A stretch of 64,000 nt of DNA. Origin: Nostoc sp. (lineage in GTDB: Bacteria; Cyanobacteriota; Cyanobacteriia; Cyanobacteriales; Nostocaceae). The notes under the pieces are model-generated. The model was not told the DNA's origin. It saw nothing but the letters and a program-made list of their open reading frames with translations, and did not search any database. A program made the position numbers and the translations under genes. Positions 10,427 through 21,552 of the stretch are shown here, piece by piece (the first letter of the stretch is position 1; each line of letters begins with the position of its first letter). Location: NCBI GenBank assembly GCA_036918135.1, contig JBALDB010000056.1, positions 192,001 to 256,000 of the forward strand, read 5' to 3'.

Positions 10427-10909
10427 GTGACGCCCTTAAATGAAGCTCAACTAGAGCAACTAAAGGAAATAAGCACACATTTACGACAAGTAAGACAGCA
10501 AAAATCCATACGCATAGAAGAAATAGCCGCTCAAACAATGATTCGAGCAGGCGTTTTGCAAGCGTTAGAACAAGAGCGATTTGAAGAATTGCCTGAGCCT
10601 ATTTTTCTTCAAGGATTTATCCGTCGCTATGGAGATGCTTTAGGGCTAAATGGGAATGCTTTATCACAGATGCTGATAACCAATGTTGTCCGTCAAGACT
10701 CTAAAAATACTCGTAATAATTTAGACAAAAAACGAAATACATACATCCCTCTGATTCTGACCTATATTTTATTATTAGTAAGTGCATCTGCTGGTCTTCT
10801 TTATACACTTAATCCCCGACTTACAGCTGAATCCGTGACTCCAGAAGACAATAATCAACAGTCAATAGTTAGCAATCAGACTAACAGAGGACTGGAGACT
10901 GGGGACTAA
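10427..10909 (+). CDS. RodZ-like HTH (HTH_25) membrane protein, short form
   Basis: LRQVRQQKSIRIEEIAAQT..LPEPIFLQGFIRRYGDALGL plus one TM helix; AGGAG SD before GTG. Confidence 0.75.
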   Translation: MTPLNEAQLEQLKEISTHLRQVRQQKSIRIEEIAAQTMIRAGVLQALEQERFEELPEPIFLQGFIRRYGDALGLNGNALSQMLITNVVRQDSKNTRNNLDKKRNTYIPLILTYILLLVSASAGLLYTLNPRLTAESVTPEDNNQQSIVSNQTNRGLETGD

Positions 10910-11039
10910 GGACTGGGAATGCGATTTTGAGTTTATGAGGTGGATTAATGAGTATTTGAAATGGATAAATCTAGTTGTAACTCTCCTGTGCCTCCCTGTC
11001 CTTGTTGCTCCCTCATCTCCAGTACCCAATACCTAATTT

Positions 11040-12500
11040 TCAAGATATTTGCGGTTTACGTTGATGCCAATTAGTGGATTGCTCATAAGCATAAGCTACT
11101 TGAAAAAGTTGGTCTTCTCGCAGTACGTTACCAATTAGCTGTAATCCTATGGGTAGTCCTTGCTCGTCAAAACCACATGGCAAACTTAAGCTAGGTAAAC
11201 CAGCAAGATTTACCGGAATAGTCATTAAGTCATTTAAATACATACTTAAGGGGTCAGTAGTTTTTTCCCCTGCTTTAAATGCTGTAGTAGGAGATGTGGG
11301 GCAGACTAACACATCAACTGCACCAAAAGCTTTTTCAAAGTCTTGCTTAATCAGGGTGCGGACTTTTTGAGCTTTCAGGTAGTAGGCGTCATAATAGCCA
11401 GCCGAAAGCGCGTAAGTGCCGATCATAATCCGACGTTTAACTTCTGTACCAAAACCAGTGGCACGGGTACGAGTGTACATCGATAGGAGATTATCAGTAT
11501 CAGCAGCCCGGTAACCATACTTAACACCATCGTAACGAGCCAAGTTAGCTGAGGCTTCTGATGGGGCGATAATGTAGTAAGTGGGTAAGCCATAGCGAAA
11601 ACGGGGACAGGAAACTACATGAATTTCCGCTCCCAAACTTTGCAGTCGATCGACTGCTTTAGTAACAGCATCTTCGACTACAGAATCGAGACCTTCACCA
11701 AAAGTTTCTTTAATCACACCAATTCTGAGCTGACTTCTGGGTTTGAAATCTGGTTTCAAATTAGCAGCATAGTCGGGAATGGCAACTTTCAGGCTGGTGG
11801 AGTCTTTGGGATCGTAACCTGCGATCGCATTGAGTAATATTGCAGCATCTTCTACCGTGTATGCAAATGGGCCAATTTGATCCAAAGACGAAGCATAAGC
11901 CACCAAACCATAACGCGAAACCAAACCATAAGTTGGTTTCATCCCCACAACACCGCAGAAAGACGCAGGTTGGCGAATCGAACCGCCAGTATCAGAACCA
12001 AGAGCAACCACACATTCTTCGGCTGCTACGGCTGCTGCCGAACCCCCCGAAGAACCACCCGGAACTCGTGACAAATCCCAAGGGTTAGCTGTAACTTGGT
12101 ATGCAGAGTTTTCTGTGGAACTACCCATTGCAAACTCATCCAAGTTGGTTTTACCCAGCATTACCGCCCCAGCATCAGCCAGTTTTTGCGTCACCGTTGA
12201 TTCATAAGGTGGTATAAAATTTTCCAAAATACGCGAGCCGCAAGTAGTAGGAATCCCTTTGGTACACATATTATCTTTGATACCCACAGGAATTCCTGCT
12301 AGCAGTCCAATTTCTTCTCCCGCAGCAATTTTGGCATCCACAGTACCGGCCTGCTCTAATGCCCGTTCTGCGGTTACACATAAAAAGCTGTGCAATTTTG
12401 GCTCTAACGCTTGAATGCGTTCTAAAGCTTCTTGGGTAATTTCCACAGCAGAACGTTCTTTTTTTACCAACTGTTCGTGCAACTCGCGGATGGATGCCAT
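11040..12500 (-). CDS. gatA: Asp/Glu-tRNA amidotransferase subunit A
   Basis: Amidase signature [45 protein letters not shown]. Confidence 0.97.
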   Translation of the reverse strand: MASIRELHEQLVKKERSAVEITQEALERIQALEPKLHSFLCVTAERALEQAGTVDAKIAAGEEIGLLAGIPVGIKDNMCTKGIPTTCGSRILENFIPPYESTVTQKLADAGAVMLGKTNLDEFAMGSSTENSAYQVTANPWDLSRVPGGSSGGSAAAVAAEECVVALGSDTGGSIRQPASFCGVVGMKPTYGLVSRYGLVAYASSLDQIGPFAYTVEDAAILLNAIAGYDPKDSTSLKVAIPDYAANLKPDFKPRSQLRIGVIKETFGEGLDSVVEDAVTKAVDRLQSLGAEIHVVSCPRFRYGLPTYYIIAPSEASANLARYDGVKYGYRAADTDNLLSMYTRTRATGFGTEVKRRIMIGTYALSAGYYDAYYLKAQKVRTLIKQDFEKAFGAVDVLVCPTSPTTAFKAGEKTTDPLSMYLNDLMTIPVNLAGLPSLSLPCGFDEQGLPIGLQLIGNVLREDQLFQVAYAYEQSTNWHQRKPQIS

Positions 12501-12581
12501 GATTGCTCTCTTTATGACTCAAGTCCTTGATTTTAGTACATATTGAACGAGATTGGGCAACTTGGGCCCCCTCTGGGGATA

Positions 12582-12732
12582 CTACGGTATATACACAGTC
12601 TGACTTTTCACGGTATATGGAAAAGTCAAAGGGTGTCGGGTGTAGTAAGACTTTCTTCTTTTCACTACACCCTATCCCCTACCCCCTAACGGAGGTTTTA
12701 GGACTTCCTGTGAAAAGTCAGATACACGGTAG
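12582..12732. repeat. MITE-like element with terminal inverted repeats
   Basis: CTACGGTATATACACAGTCTGACTTTTCAC...GTGAAAAGTCAGATACACGGTAG. Confidence 0.5.
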
Positions 12733-12899
12733 GCTTCGGGAAGGGGAAACAAAGCTACGCTTTGACTCTTTAGGGTGCAAGGCTCCCCAACCTACAGACT
12801 ACACACTTCCTCTGCTCCATGTCCTAAAATAAACTATTCTGAGATATATAAAACTTTGTATCCTGAGTTAAATAAGGTTTAATACTTCTTTTAAAACTG

Positions 12900-15233
12900 G
12901 TGCAAGAAGATTTTAGGTTAATTATTGATTTAGTCTCAGTTTTGGCGGTTGCAGCGTGTGGCGGACTATTAGCAGCACTTTTGCGCCAACCAGTGCTGCT
13001 GGGGTATCTCATTGGCGGCATGATTGTTGGGCCGGCTGGACTGGGAGTGATTAAAGAAGTTATTCAGGTAGAGACTCTGGCACAGTTCGGGGTGGCGTTT
13101 TTATTATTCGCTTTGGGTGTAGAATTTTCCTTTGCGGAACTCAAGAAAGTAAAAGCGATCGCTCTGGGTGGAGGTGGACTCCAGATTGCTTTGACGATTT
13201 TGGTCACGGTTACGGTATGCGGGTTAACTGGTGCTTGGGGAACGTTACCTGCTAAGGGAATGTTTTTGGGCTGTATTCTCTCATTGTCTTCTACGGCGGT
13301 TGTCCTCAAGTCGTTGATGGAGCGCAATGAAACAGAAACGCCCCACGGACAAGTGATGTTGGGTATTTTGGTTGTCCAGGATTTGGCGCTGGGATTAATG
13401 TTGGCAGTTTTACCAGCCCTCAACCAACCCGCAGAAACTATTGGTATCGCCGTCCTCACAGCACTGGCGACGATTGCTTTATTTGCCGCCGGCGCAGTAG
13501 CAGCGGGGATTTGGCTGATACCGCCTTTGTTGCGACTGTTAGCCCGTACTGAAAGTAAAGAGCTATTTTTATTAGGGGTTGTAGCTTTGTGTTTGGGTAT
13601 TGCCTTGCTGACAGAGCATTTGGGGCTATCGATTGAAATGGGGGCATTTGTCGCCGGATTGATGATTTCTGAGGTGGAATACGCCGACCAAACCCTGACT
13701 TACGTAGAACCATTGCGAGATATCTTTGCCAGTTTGTTTTTCGCTGCCATTGGGATGTTAATTGACCCAGTGTTTTTGTGGAAGAACCTGGAATTGATTT
13801 TAGTGCTGGTGGCAATAGTTTTTGTTGGTAAGTTTCTGATTATCACTCCCTTAGTGAAACTGTTTCGCTACCCTTTGAAAACAGCGATAATCGCAGGTTT
13901 GGGGCTGGCGCAAATTGGGGAATTTTCCTTTGTTCTCGCCAGTGAAGGGCAGTTCTTAGGGTTGGTGTCCCGGCGAATATATTTACTGATTTTGGGAACC
14001 ACAGCAGTCACTTTGATAGTGACGCCATTTGTTCTGCGGTTAGTGCCATTTTTATTTAACTTTGCCGAATCCATGCCCTGGTTGAAACCGTATCTAGCAG
14101 AAGACCAACCACGGGATACGTCAGAAGATTTACCTGCAAAAGACCATGTGGTAGTATGCGGCTATGGGCGAGTCGGCAAAAATTTAGTCAAGTTGTTGCA
14201 GCAACACGACCTACCCGTGATCGTAATTGACCAATCGGAAAGTAGAATTCAACAGTTGCGTGAAGCTGGGATATCTTATGTTTATGGCAATTGTGTGAGT
14301 TTACACGTTCTGGAAACTGCGGGAGTCAATCATGCCAAAGGAATGGCGATCGCACTTACTGACCCCATGAGTACCCGTCTTTGCTTGAAACGTGCTTTGG
14401 AATTGTATCCAGAATTAGATTTAGTTGCCCGCGCTACCTACAATCGAGATATTGAAGTGCTATATCAACTGGGAGCCAGAGAAGTAGTGCAACCAGAGTT
14501 TGAAGCCAGTTTAGAAATGGGAACTTATTTATTAATTGGCTTAGGCTTTTCCCAAGCTGTTGTTCAACGGGAAATGCAGCAAATTCGCAACGGTCATTAT
14601 TTAGATTTGCGACCAGAACGTTCTGCTAGTGAAGTTGCCTACGATTTGCGCCGAGCAACTCAGGATTTAAATCAACGCTGGTATCCTCTACCATCAACTT
14701 CGCCTTTAATTGGCATGAGTTTAGAAGAAGCAGATATGCGCTACTTAACAGGAGCAAGTTTGATGGCAATTCGCCGCGCTAACGGCGATGAAATCGATTA
14801 TCCCAGCAATCAAACGAAATTGGAAGAAGGCGATCGCTTGCTGGTAGTGGGAGCAGCTGAAGAACTGGCAGCTTTAGCAGAATTCGCCAAGGGACAAGCA
14901 GCTGTTCCCGGAGAAAATAGTGCTTGTCAGTGGATGGCGGTAAATGGTGACTCTCCAACGGTGGCTAAAACTCTTGCAGATTTGGGTATTAGCAAACATG
15001 GTATACAAGTGCAGGCAATTCGACGCGATGGCAAATTTATCCGCTATCCTGATGGCAGTACAGATTTGCGAGTTGGTGACCAAGTATTATTGTGCGGTAA
15101 CTTGACAGGTCTGAGTCAAGTACAACAGTCATTTGGCATTCCTAATAAAGTACCCATTCCTCTCCCTGCAATCAAAGCTAGTAGCGCAGAAGCGCTCAAA
15201 GAGTTTCTGCCTGTTGATAAAATGACTGATTAA
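12900..15233 (+). CDS. CPA2 cation:proton antiporter (Kef-type) with TrkA-N and two TrkA-C domains
   Basis: Multi-TM N-terminus (LSLSSTAVV, QIGEFSFVL), VVCGYGRVG Rossmann motif, C-terminal RCK_C repeats. Confidence 0.92.
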   Translation: MQEDFRLIIDLVSVLAVAACGGLLAALLRQPVLLGYLIGGMIVGPAGLGVIKEVIQVETLAQFGVAFLLFALGVEFSFAELKKVKAIALGGGGLQIALTILVTVTVCGLTGAWGTLPAKGMFLGCILSLSSTAVVLKSLMERNETETPHGQVMLGILVVQDLALGLMLAVLPALNQPAETIGIAVLTALATIALFAAGAVAAGIWLIPPLLRLLARTESKELFLLGVVALCLGIALLTEHLGLSIEMGAFVAGLMISEVEYADQTLTYVEPLRDIFASLFFAAIGMLIDPVFLWKNLELILVLVAIVFVGKFLIITPLVKLFRYPLKTAIIAGLGLAQIGEFSFVLASEGQFLGLVSRRIYLLILGTTAVTLIVTPFVLRLVPFLFNFAESMPWLKPYLAEDQPRDTSEDLPAKDHVVVCGYGRVGKNLVKLLQQHDLPVIVIDQSESRIQQLREAGISYVYGNCVSLHVLETAGVNHAKGMAIALTDPMSTRLCLKRALELYPELDLVARATYNRDIEVLYQLGAREVVQPEFEASLEMGTYLLIGLGFSQAVVQREMQQIRNGHYLDLRPERSASEVAYDLRRATQDLNQRWYPLPSTSPLIGMSLEEADMRYLTGASLMAIRRANGDEIDYPSNQTKLEEGDRLLVVGAAEELAALAEFAKGQAAVPGENSACQWMAVNGDSPTVAKTLADLGISKHGIQVQAIRRDGKFIRYPDGSTDLRVGDQVLLCGNLTGLSQVQQSFGIPNKVPIPLPAIKASSAEALKEFLPVDKMTD

Positions 15234-15578
15234 CTAATTCGTAATTCGTAACTATTAATTAGGAATTACTCTAAGACTTTTGGTATAGTACTTACTGAAG
15301 AACTCTAAAATTCACTCTTATCAAAACAAAATTTAGGAGTCAGGAGCGAAACCTGACGTTTTTGTTACTCAGCTCAGAATTGAGCCTGATTGCGTCGTTT
15401 TAGTACGTTTTACACGCAATGATATATTATGATTTGCCGCAATTATATACTGGCGGCTTGGCAGAGCATCTCCGCTTTTGTTGCTCAATTGTGACTTCTG
15501 ATTTCTTGTTCAATTATCTACAAAATATTTTGTAATAAAGATATACATATTGCTTCTAACAATAACAAAACTGATTAT

Positions 15579-16040
15579 ATGGTTGATTATACAAACTTAA
15601 AAATATCAGTAATTAATCAAAAACTGTTTATCAGTAATTGTTTATTAATTCTCACATTCATGACATCCTGTAATTCTCCAAATTCCAAGGAAGATTTGAG
15701 CAAAGAAATAGAAAGTGTTTCTTCTTGGGCAGCAACGGTACAGATGGTTGCTAACGCTTGGCTCAAAAGTAATGTACCCAAAAAATATGCTCAGCAAACA
15801 TTAAATAAAGCTCAAACAGAATTTCTGAGTGAGAAAAAGAAAATTTCTCAAATTAAGCCATCAACAAATATAATTCAGCAGCACCAATCATTAATTGTAA
15901 CTAATGTATCCCAATTAGCAAATCAAACAGAGAAAATGTCAAAAGCAATTGCCCAAAATAATTATTCTCAAGTCCAACAGGAATTAAAAGAATTAGAAAT
16001 AGAAATGCAAAAAATTAATAAGTTAAAAACAATGCCATAG
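15579..16040 (+). CDS. Putative lipoprotein, helical-bundle type
   Basis: Hydrophobic stretch then lipobox-like MTSC; stop is 7 nt before the Nramp-like gene. Confidence 0.6.
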   Translation: MVDYTNLKISVINQKLFISNCLLILTFMTSCNSPNSKEDLSKEIESVSSWAATVQMVANAWLKSNVPKKYAQQTLNKAQTEFLSEKKKISQIKPSTNIIQQHQSLIVTNVSQLANQTEKMSKAIAQNNYSQVQQELKELEIEMQKINKLKTMP

Positions 16041-16047
16041 CCAGATT

Positions 16048-17262
16048 ATGAAAAAAATTTTGGAAATTGCTCTGGGTATTGTTACTAGTATTGGTGGCTT
16101 TCTGGATGTGGGTGCGATCGCCACAACAGCGGAAGCTGGATCTATTTTTGGTTTTGAATTAATTTGGGCAATTATTCTCGGAACAATTTGTGTTATAGCT
16201 TTAGTAGAAATGTCAGGAAGATTAGCAGCAGTAAGTAAACATACATTAGCTGCGGCAATCAGAGAAAGATTTGGATTTAATTTTTTTATTGTACCTTTAT
16301 TGGCAGAAATTATTGTCGATTTTTTGGTATTAGGTGCTGAAATTGGGGGAGTTTGTGTTGCTTTACAATTACTAACAGGTATTAGTTTTCAGTTTTACGC
16401 TTTACCTGTCGCTTTAGCTTTATGGTTATTAATTTGGTATGGCAACTTCGGCCTGATTGAAAATGGCGTTTCTGTGCTGGGATTAATTACACTCGTTTTT
16501 GTTGTCGCTACCTGCAAGCTACATCCTTCGCTGACAGAAATTGGTAGTAGCTTATTGCCAAGTTTACCACAAGAAGATAAAGCACATTATCTATTTCTTG
16601 TTGTTAGCATTCTGGGCGCTTTAATTAGTCCCTATCTATTTTACTTTTATTCTTCGGGTGCAGTCGAAGATAAATGGGATGAAGGACACATCGGGATAAA
16701 TCGCGCTGTCGCAGGTTTAGGCATGGGCTTTGGCAGTATTGTATCATTAGGAGTATTAATTGTTGCGGCAATAATACTCAAACCCAAAGGTATCCAAGTC
16801 GATAGTTATGAACAAGCAGCATTAATGTTAACTGAACCTTTGGGTTATTGGGGATTTGTACTTTTTGCCCTTTCATTAGGTATTGCTTGCTTTGGTGCAG
16901 CACTGGAAGTAAGTTTAGATACCGCTTATATTGTGGCGCAAACTTTTGGTTGGAATTGGGGAGAAAGTCTGAAACCAAAAGATGCAGCACGTTTTAGTAT
17001 GGTATACACAATATTTATTTTTCTAGCTTCCCTATTAATGGTTTTTGGGATAGATCCTTTACAATTGACTTTATTTTCAATGGCAATTACAGCAGTTATT
17101 TTACCGCCTGTGATTGTACCATTTCTGGTATTAATGAATGATAAACTATATGTTGGAAAATACCGCAATGGTTGGATAAGTAATGCAGTGATAATTTTTA
17201 CGATTGGATTAACTTTTATCTTAGCAATTGTGGCTATTCCTTTAGAATTTATTGCAGGATAA
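16048..17262 (+). CDS. Nramp-related divalent metal transporter with non-canonical motifs
   Basis: About 11 TM segments; EMSGRLAAVS..IRERFG typical of the family; TM1 motif FLDVGA instead of DPGN; TM6 GALISPYLFYFYSS. Confidence 0.8.
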   Translation: MKKILEIALGIVTSIGGFLDVGAIATTAEAGSIFGFELIWAIILGTICVIALVEMSGRLAAVSKHTLAAAIRERFGFNFFIVPLLAEIIVDFLVLGAEIGGVCVALQLLTGISFQFYALPVALALWLLIWYGNFGLIENGVSVLGLITLVFVVATCKLHPSLTEIGSSLLPSLPQEDKAHYLFLVVSILGALISPYLFYFYSSGAVEDKWDEGHIGINRAVAGLGMGFGSIVSLGVLIVAAIILKPKGIQVDSYEQAALMLTEPLGYWGFVLFALSLGIACFGAALEVSLDTAYIVAQTFGWNWGESLKPKDAARFSMVYTIFIFLASLLMVFGIDPLQLTLFSMAITAVILPPVIVPFLVLMNDKLYVGKYRNGWISNAVIIFTIGLTFILAIVAIPLEFIAG

Positions 17263-17396
17263 TATTAATTTTGAATTTGAAATTAGAAAATGTTTACTAT
17301 CAAATACTTATAAGAGTATCAAACAATACTATCTATTTTATTTTGTATAAAATACGAGAGATTTTTGATAAATTCCTTAAAAGGAGACAATAAAAA

Positions 17397-17768
17397 ATGA
17401 ATTTAATTAGAGATGTCTTGGATAATCAATTAGTTGACCGCAATCAGCATGAAATGGGCAAAGTCGATGGGATTGTTATTCAGTTACGCGATGGAGAACC
17501 ACCAAGACTTGCTTATATCGAAATCGGGATGACAACCCTCGCCAGACGAATACATCCGCGTTTAGCAAATTGGGTAGGGATAATTGCCCAGAAGTGGGGT
17601 GCGAAACAAAGTCAACCCTTGAGAATTCCTTGGTCAAAAGTGCTGGATGTTGGCATTGATGTAGATGTCGATGTGGAAGCAGAAGCAACACCAGCATTAG
17701 CCTATGAAAAATGGCTGCGCGATCGCATTATAAAAAAAATTCCGGGGCAGAATAATGACAACTCATGA
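17397..17768 (+). CDS. PRC-barrel-like protein
   Basis: DVLDNQLVDRNQHEMGKVDGIV...IPWSKV pattern; AAGGAG SD. Confidence 0.7.
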   Translation: MNLIRDVLDNQLVDRNQHEMGKVDGIVIQLRDGEPPRLAYIEIGMTTLARRIHPRLANWVGIIAQKWGAKQSQPLRIPWSKVLDVGIDVDVDVEAEATPALAYEKWLRDRIIKKIPGQNNDNS

Positions 17769-18078
17769 AATTCATTTAGAATTACTGCTAGGTAAACAAG
17801 TCTTAGATTCTACAGGCAAAGCTATTGGACGTATCGAAGAAATTTGCGCCGAACAACAAGGCGAAGAATGGGTGATTAAAGAATATCTGATTGGCTACGC
17901 CGCCATATTAGAAAGGTTATCGGCTTGGAATATTGGCATCGGAATATTAAATCTCTTAGGGGCGCAGAAAATCTACGGTGGTTATACAGTGCCTTGGGAT
18001 ATGTTAGATTTGACAGATCCACAAAAGCCACGTCTGCATTGTAGTTTAGATGAATTAAAGTCAAATAATAATTCGTAA
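17755..18078 (+). CDS. PRC-barrel-like protein
   Basis: LLGKQVLDSTGKAIGRIEEI...VPWDML; overlaps the preceding gene by 14 nt. Confidence 0.7.
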   Translation: MTTHEIHLELLLGKQVLDSTGKAIGRIEEICAEQQGEEWVIKEYLIGYAAILERLSAWNIGIGILNLLGAQKIYGGYTVPWDMLDLTDPQKPRLHCSLDELKSNNNS

Positions 18079-18257
18079 TTCGGAATTCAGAATTCGGAAT
18101 TTATGGTACTTTTTTCTAGAATTACAAAGTTAAGCCACTGCGTTGGATAGTTTTCCTGGCTTGTACCGCTAACGCAGAACCCCTAAAGTAGCAAGTGGGG
18201 TGAGGCAGTGTGCTTAGTTTTGGAGTAATAATTACGAATTACAAATTATTTTGACTC

Positions 18258-18479
18258 TTAAGTTTTTGGTTTGATATAAGCGATCGCTTGTTTCCAAATA
18301 GTGGTTTGCTCGCTGTTTTCGTCTAAAATGCATACACAATTTGGGTCTTGCCATAAAACTTTTCCTGTGATTACATCGCCAGTCAGCAACTTAAACTCTG
18401 CTGGCATTGTTTGTTTAATCAGGGTTTGAACTTGTTTAATACTAGGCAAAGTGGTGTCAAATTCAGTAATCATAGTCAT
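18258..18479 (-). CDS. hfq: Cyanobacterial Hfq (Sm-like) protein
   Basis: FDTTLPSIKQVQ..KLLTGDVITGKVLWQD..IWKQAIAYI; divergent from dapF as in other Nostocales. Confidence 0.88.
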   Translation of the reverse strand: MTMITEFDTTLPSIKQVQTLIKQTMPAEFKLLTGDVITGKVLWQDPNCVCILDENSEQTTIWKQAIAYIKPKT

Positions 18480-18535
18480 TAGTCATTAGTCATTGGTCAT
18501 TGGTCATTGGGCATTATTCACGAATGACCAATGAC
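18472..18535. repeat. STRR heptamer tract
   Basis: Tandem (A/G)GTCATT units; similar tracts at about 24780-24895, 36400-36500, 40395-40425 and 41640-41760. Confidence 0.7.
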
Positions 18536-18566
18536 AAAACACAAATATAATTTATTGATTTGGGAA

Positions 18567-19403
18567 ATGGCAATCAAATTTACTAAGTATCATGGTCTAG
18601 GCAACGACTTTATTTTAATTGACAATCGCTCGTCATCTTTGCCTGTGGTGACTCCAGACCAAGCCATCAAGTTGTGCGATCGCCATTTTGGTATCGGTGC
18701 TGATGGTGTCATTTTTGCCTTACCTGGAGAAAACAGCACCGATTACACCATGCGGATTTTCAATTCTGATGGTTCTGAACCAGAAATGTGTGGTAATGGT
18801 ATTCGCTGCTTAGCTGCATTTTTGGCAGATTTAGAAGGTGAATCGCGCAATCAAGACTTATATCGCATTCATACCCTAGCTGGTGTGATTACACCCCAAA
18901 TCCTACCTAATGGTCAAGTGAAGGTGGATATGGGTTTACCCAGGTTACTCGCTGTTGAAATTCCCACCACCCTTGCACCTGCCCAAGAAAAAGTAATTAA
19001 TCAGCCTTTAGAAGTCGCGGGACAAACTTGGGAAGTCACCTGTGTAAGTATGGGAAATCCCCACTGTATTACCTTTGTGGAAGATGTAGCAGCAATTGAG
19101 CTAGAAACTATAGGCCCTAAATTCGAGCATCACTCGGCTTTTCCCCAACGCACAAATACCGAATTTATTCAAGTAGTGCGAGGCGATTATCTCAAAATGC
19201 GCGTTTGGGAACGCGGCGCTGGAATTACCTTGGCTTGTGGTACTGGTGCTTGTGCTTCCTTAGTGGCTGGTGTGCTAACTGGAAAATGCGATCGCACTGC
19301 CACTGTAGAATTACCAGGTGGGCTGTTACAAATTGAATGGTCAGACGACCAAAGAGTTTACATGACAGGCCCAGCTGAACGAGTATTCATAGGCGAACTG
19401 TAA
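18567..19403 (+). CDS. dapF: Diaminopimelate epimerase
   Basis: [44 protein letters not shown]. Confidence 0.97.
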   Translation: MAIKFTKYHGLGNDFILIDNRSSSLPVVTPDQAIKLCDRHFGIGADGVIFALPGENSTDYTMRIFNSDGSEPEMCGNGIRCLAAFLADLEGESRNQDLYRIHTLAGVITPQILPNGQVKVDMGLPRLLAVEIPTTLAPAQEKVINQPLEVAGQTWEVTCVSMGNPHCITFVEDVAAIELETIGPKFEHHSAFPQRTNTEFIQVVRGDYLKMRVWERGAGITLACGTGACASLVAGVLTGKCDRTATVELPGGLLQIEWSDDQRVYMTGPAERVFIGEL

Positions 19404-20049
19404 CCGACTTACTATTGGCATTACTCAGGTAGTAGTGCCATAGAAGTCTAGCAGCGATCGCTCGCCACGGTTGCCAGTGCTGTGTCATAATTTCTAGTTG
19501 TGCTGGTGTTGGACGTGTCGTCAATTTTTTGAGCTTTTGTAAAGCGATCGCCAATGCTAAATCACCTTTGGGAAAGACATCAGGACGTTGCAGTGCCATG
19601 AGTAAGTAAATATCAACTGTCCAGTCTCCAATACCTTTAAGACGCTTTAACTCAGTTCTAATTGCAGTTTCGTCCATTTTTGAGAGCTGACTGAGGTCAA
19701 GCTGACCAGTGGCGATCGCATTCGCCAACCCCCGACAGTATAAAATCTTTTGCCGACTGAATCCAATTGCTCTTAATTGAGCATCATCTAATGTCAGAAA
19801 ATTTTCTGGCGTCAGCGTTATAACAATTCCACAAAGACGTGTAAATACAGCCTTAGCAGCCGCTAAGGAAACTTGTTGTTCGAGAATAATACACAGAAGC
19901 GTTGCAAAACCCGGTTCTCTTGACCATATCGGTGGAGGCCCCAGTGTTGCTAAAATCTGAGCCAAATCGCTGTCAAGATTGGCAAGCACCATTAAACCAC
20001 GGGTAAGACTTTCTTGAGTCAGCGATTCTAATTCAGGTATCTGAGTCAT
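19387..20049 (-). CDS. alkA: DNA-3-methyladenine glycosylase II (AlkA-like, HhH-GPD)
   Basis: [29 protein letters not shown]; start at MTQIPELE overlaps the ada stop. Confidence 0.8.
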   Translation of the reverse strand: MTQIPELESLTQESLTRGLMVLANLDSDLAQILATLGPPPIWSREPGFATLLCIILEQQVSLAAAKAVFTRLCGIVITLTPENFLTLDDAQLRAIGFSRQKILYCRGLANAIATGQLDLSQLSKMDETAIRTELKRLKGIGDWTVDIYLLMALQRPDVFPKGDLALAIALQKLKKLTTRPTPAQLEIMTQHWQPWRAIAARLLWHYYLSNANSKSVTVRL

Positions 20050-21118
20050 GTTTGATAAATTTCGATTCTTGGATGAGCAGTTTTTGTTTGCGCTCAATTC
20101 CCCAGTGATAACCCCCAAGAGTGGCATCACTCCGTAATACACGGTGACATGGTACAATTAGCGCGATCGGATTAGCTCCACAAGCATTTCCCACAGCGCG
20201 GACGGCCTGAGGTTTGCCAATCTCACAAGCAATATCAGTATAGGTGCGCGTTTCACCGTAGGGAATTTTCTGTAATGCTTGCCACACTTGCTTCTGAAAT
20301 GCTGTACCGCGGACATCAAGTGGTAAATCGAGATCCGCTTTACCTCCCACGAGCGAGTTGAGGACTGCCTGTATCCAATCTTTGTGTGTCTGGTCATCAC
20401 GGACGATGTGCGCTTGGTGAAATTCCTCCCTCAAGATTTGTTCCAATTTGTCTGCTTCATCACCTAATTTTACGGCGCAGATACCCTTTTGTGTTATTGC
20501 CACCAGTAAATATCCTAGTGGACATGGAGCGATCGCATAAACAATAAACATTGTCTTTCCCGCTTGCTGGTAAGTTTTTGGTGTCATTCCCAGTTGCTTG
20601 GGTGCTTTCTCATACAGTCGGCTACTTGAACCATAGCCAGTGTCATAAATTGCATCGGTAATTTCTTCTCCTGACTGGAGACGCTGCTTTAATCGTTGGC
20701 TACGCAGCGCATCTGCATATTGAAAGGGAGATACGCCAATTATTTGCTTAAATATTTTTTGTAGATAACTAGGACTCATTCCCACCTCAGAGCATAATTC
20801 TAAAAGAGTGGGGATGCGATCGCTTTGGGCTTCAATGTATCGACATGCTGCTAAAACTTTTGCCTGAGCCGAATTTTCAACTGTTTGTGATTGTGGTTGA
20901 CATCGCTTACAAGGTCGAAAACCTCCAATTTCAGCTTCTTGCACCGACTCAAAGAAACAAACTCGATCGCGATTTGGTCTACGGCTAGGGCAAATCGGTC
21001 GGCAATAAATGCCTGTAGAGTGAACGCCATAGAAAAGCTTACCATCAAAACTAGAGTCTCGATTGAGAACAGCTTGCCAGAGAATTTCCTCTAAGACTGG
21101 TGGCTGTTGTAATTGCAT
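20033..21118 (-). CDS. ada: Bifunctional Ada regulator / O6-methylguanine-DNA methyltransferase
   Basis: TGIYCRPICPSR..FRPCKRC Zn site, AraC HTH, PCHRV active site; AGGAGG SD before ATG at 21118. Confidence 0.95.
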   Translation of the reverse strand: MQLQQPPVLEEILWQAVLNRDSSFDGKLFYGVHSTGIYCRPICPSRRPNRDRVCFFESVQEAEIGGFRPCKRCQPQSQTVENSAQAKVLAACRYIEAQSDRIPTLLELCSEVGMSPSYLQKIFKQIIGVSPFQYADALRSQRLKQRLQSGEEITDAIYDTGYGSSSRLYEKAPKQLGMTPKTYQQAGKTMFIVYAIAPCPLGYLLVAITQKGICAVKLGDEADKLEQILREEFHQAHIVRDDQTHKDWIQAVLNSLVGGKADLDLPLDVRGTAFQKQVWQALQKIPYGETRTYTDIACEIGKPQAVRAVGNACGANPIALIVPCHRVLRSDATLGGYHWGIERKQKLLIQESKFIKHDSDT

Positions 21119-21552
21119 TGATGCCTCCTTGGAGGTATGTTTTAGCATCTGCGAAAATGGCTAAAGTCAAGCTATACACTAGATTAAGTGTATTGACAAA
21201 GTAGTTTCTATCCGATAGTTGCCATCAAAGTTGCTTAATTTTTCTGTATTCATGCTCAGCGATCGCTTGTTTCTCGACTTCACTGACATCGCATTGCTCC
21301 CGATATTTTCCTGTAAAACTCCAGTTCTCAAGATGGATCGCCTTTAATCTCAGTTAATTAATCAATTATCTCCCAGCCGCTATATTTCAAATCCCAGTCG
21401 ATTCAAAGATTTCTTATAGCAAAATCTTTGTGACAAATGAATCGGCTGTCATGGTATAAAGCTGTACGCTCTTACAAGATATATCTTTAGGTTTAATTGA
21501 GTTGACCTACTTCATCACAGTCTTTAATACTGTGACAATTCACGTTAAAATA

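Noticed and set aside
12527..12832. 101-aa ORF between gatA and the antiporter
   Set aside because: Composed largely of a MITE and STRR-like sequence
21240..21455. Possible minus-strand gene remnant upstream of ada
   Set aside because: Short coding-like patches with several stops; no family could be recognised
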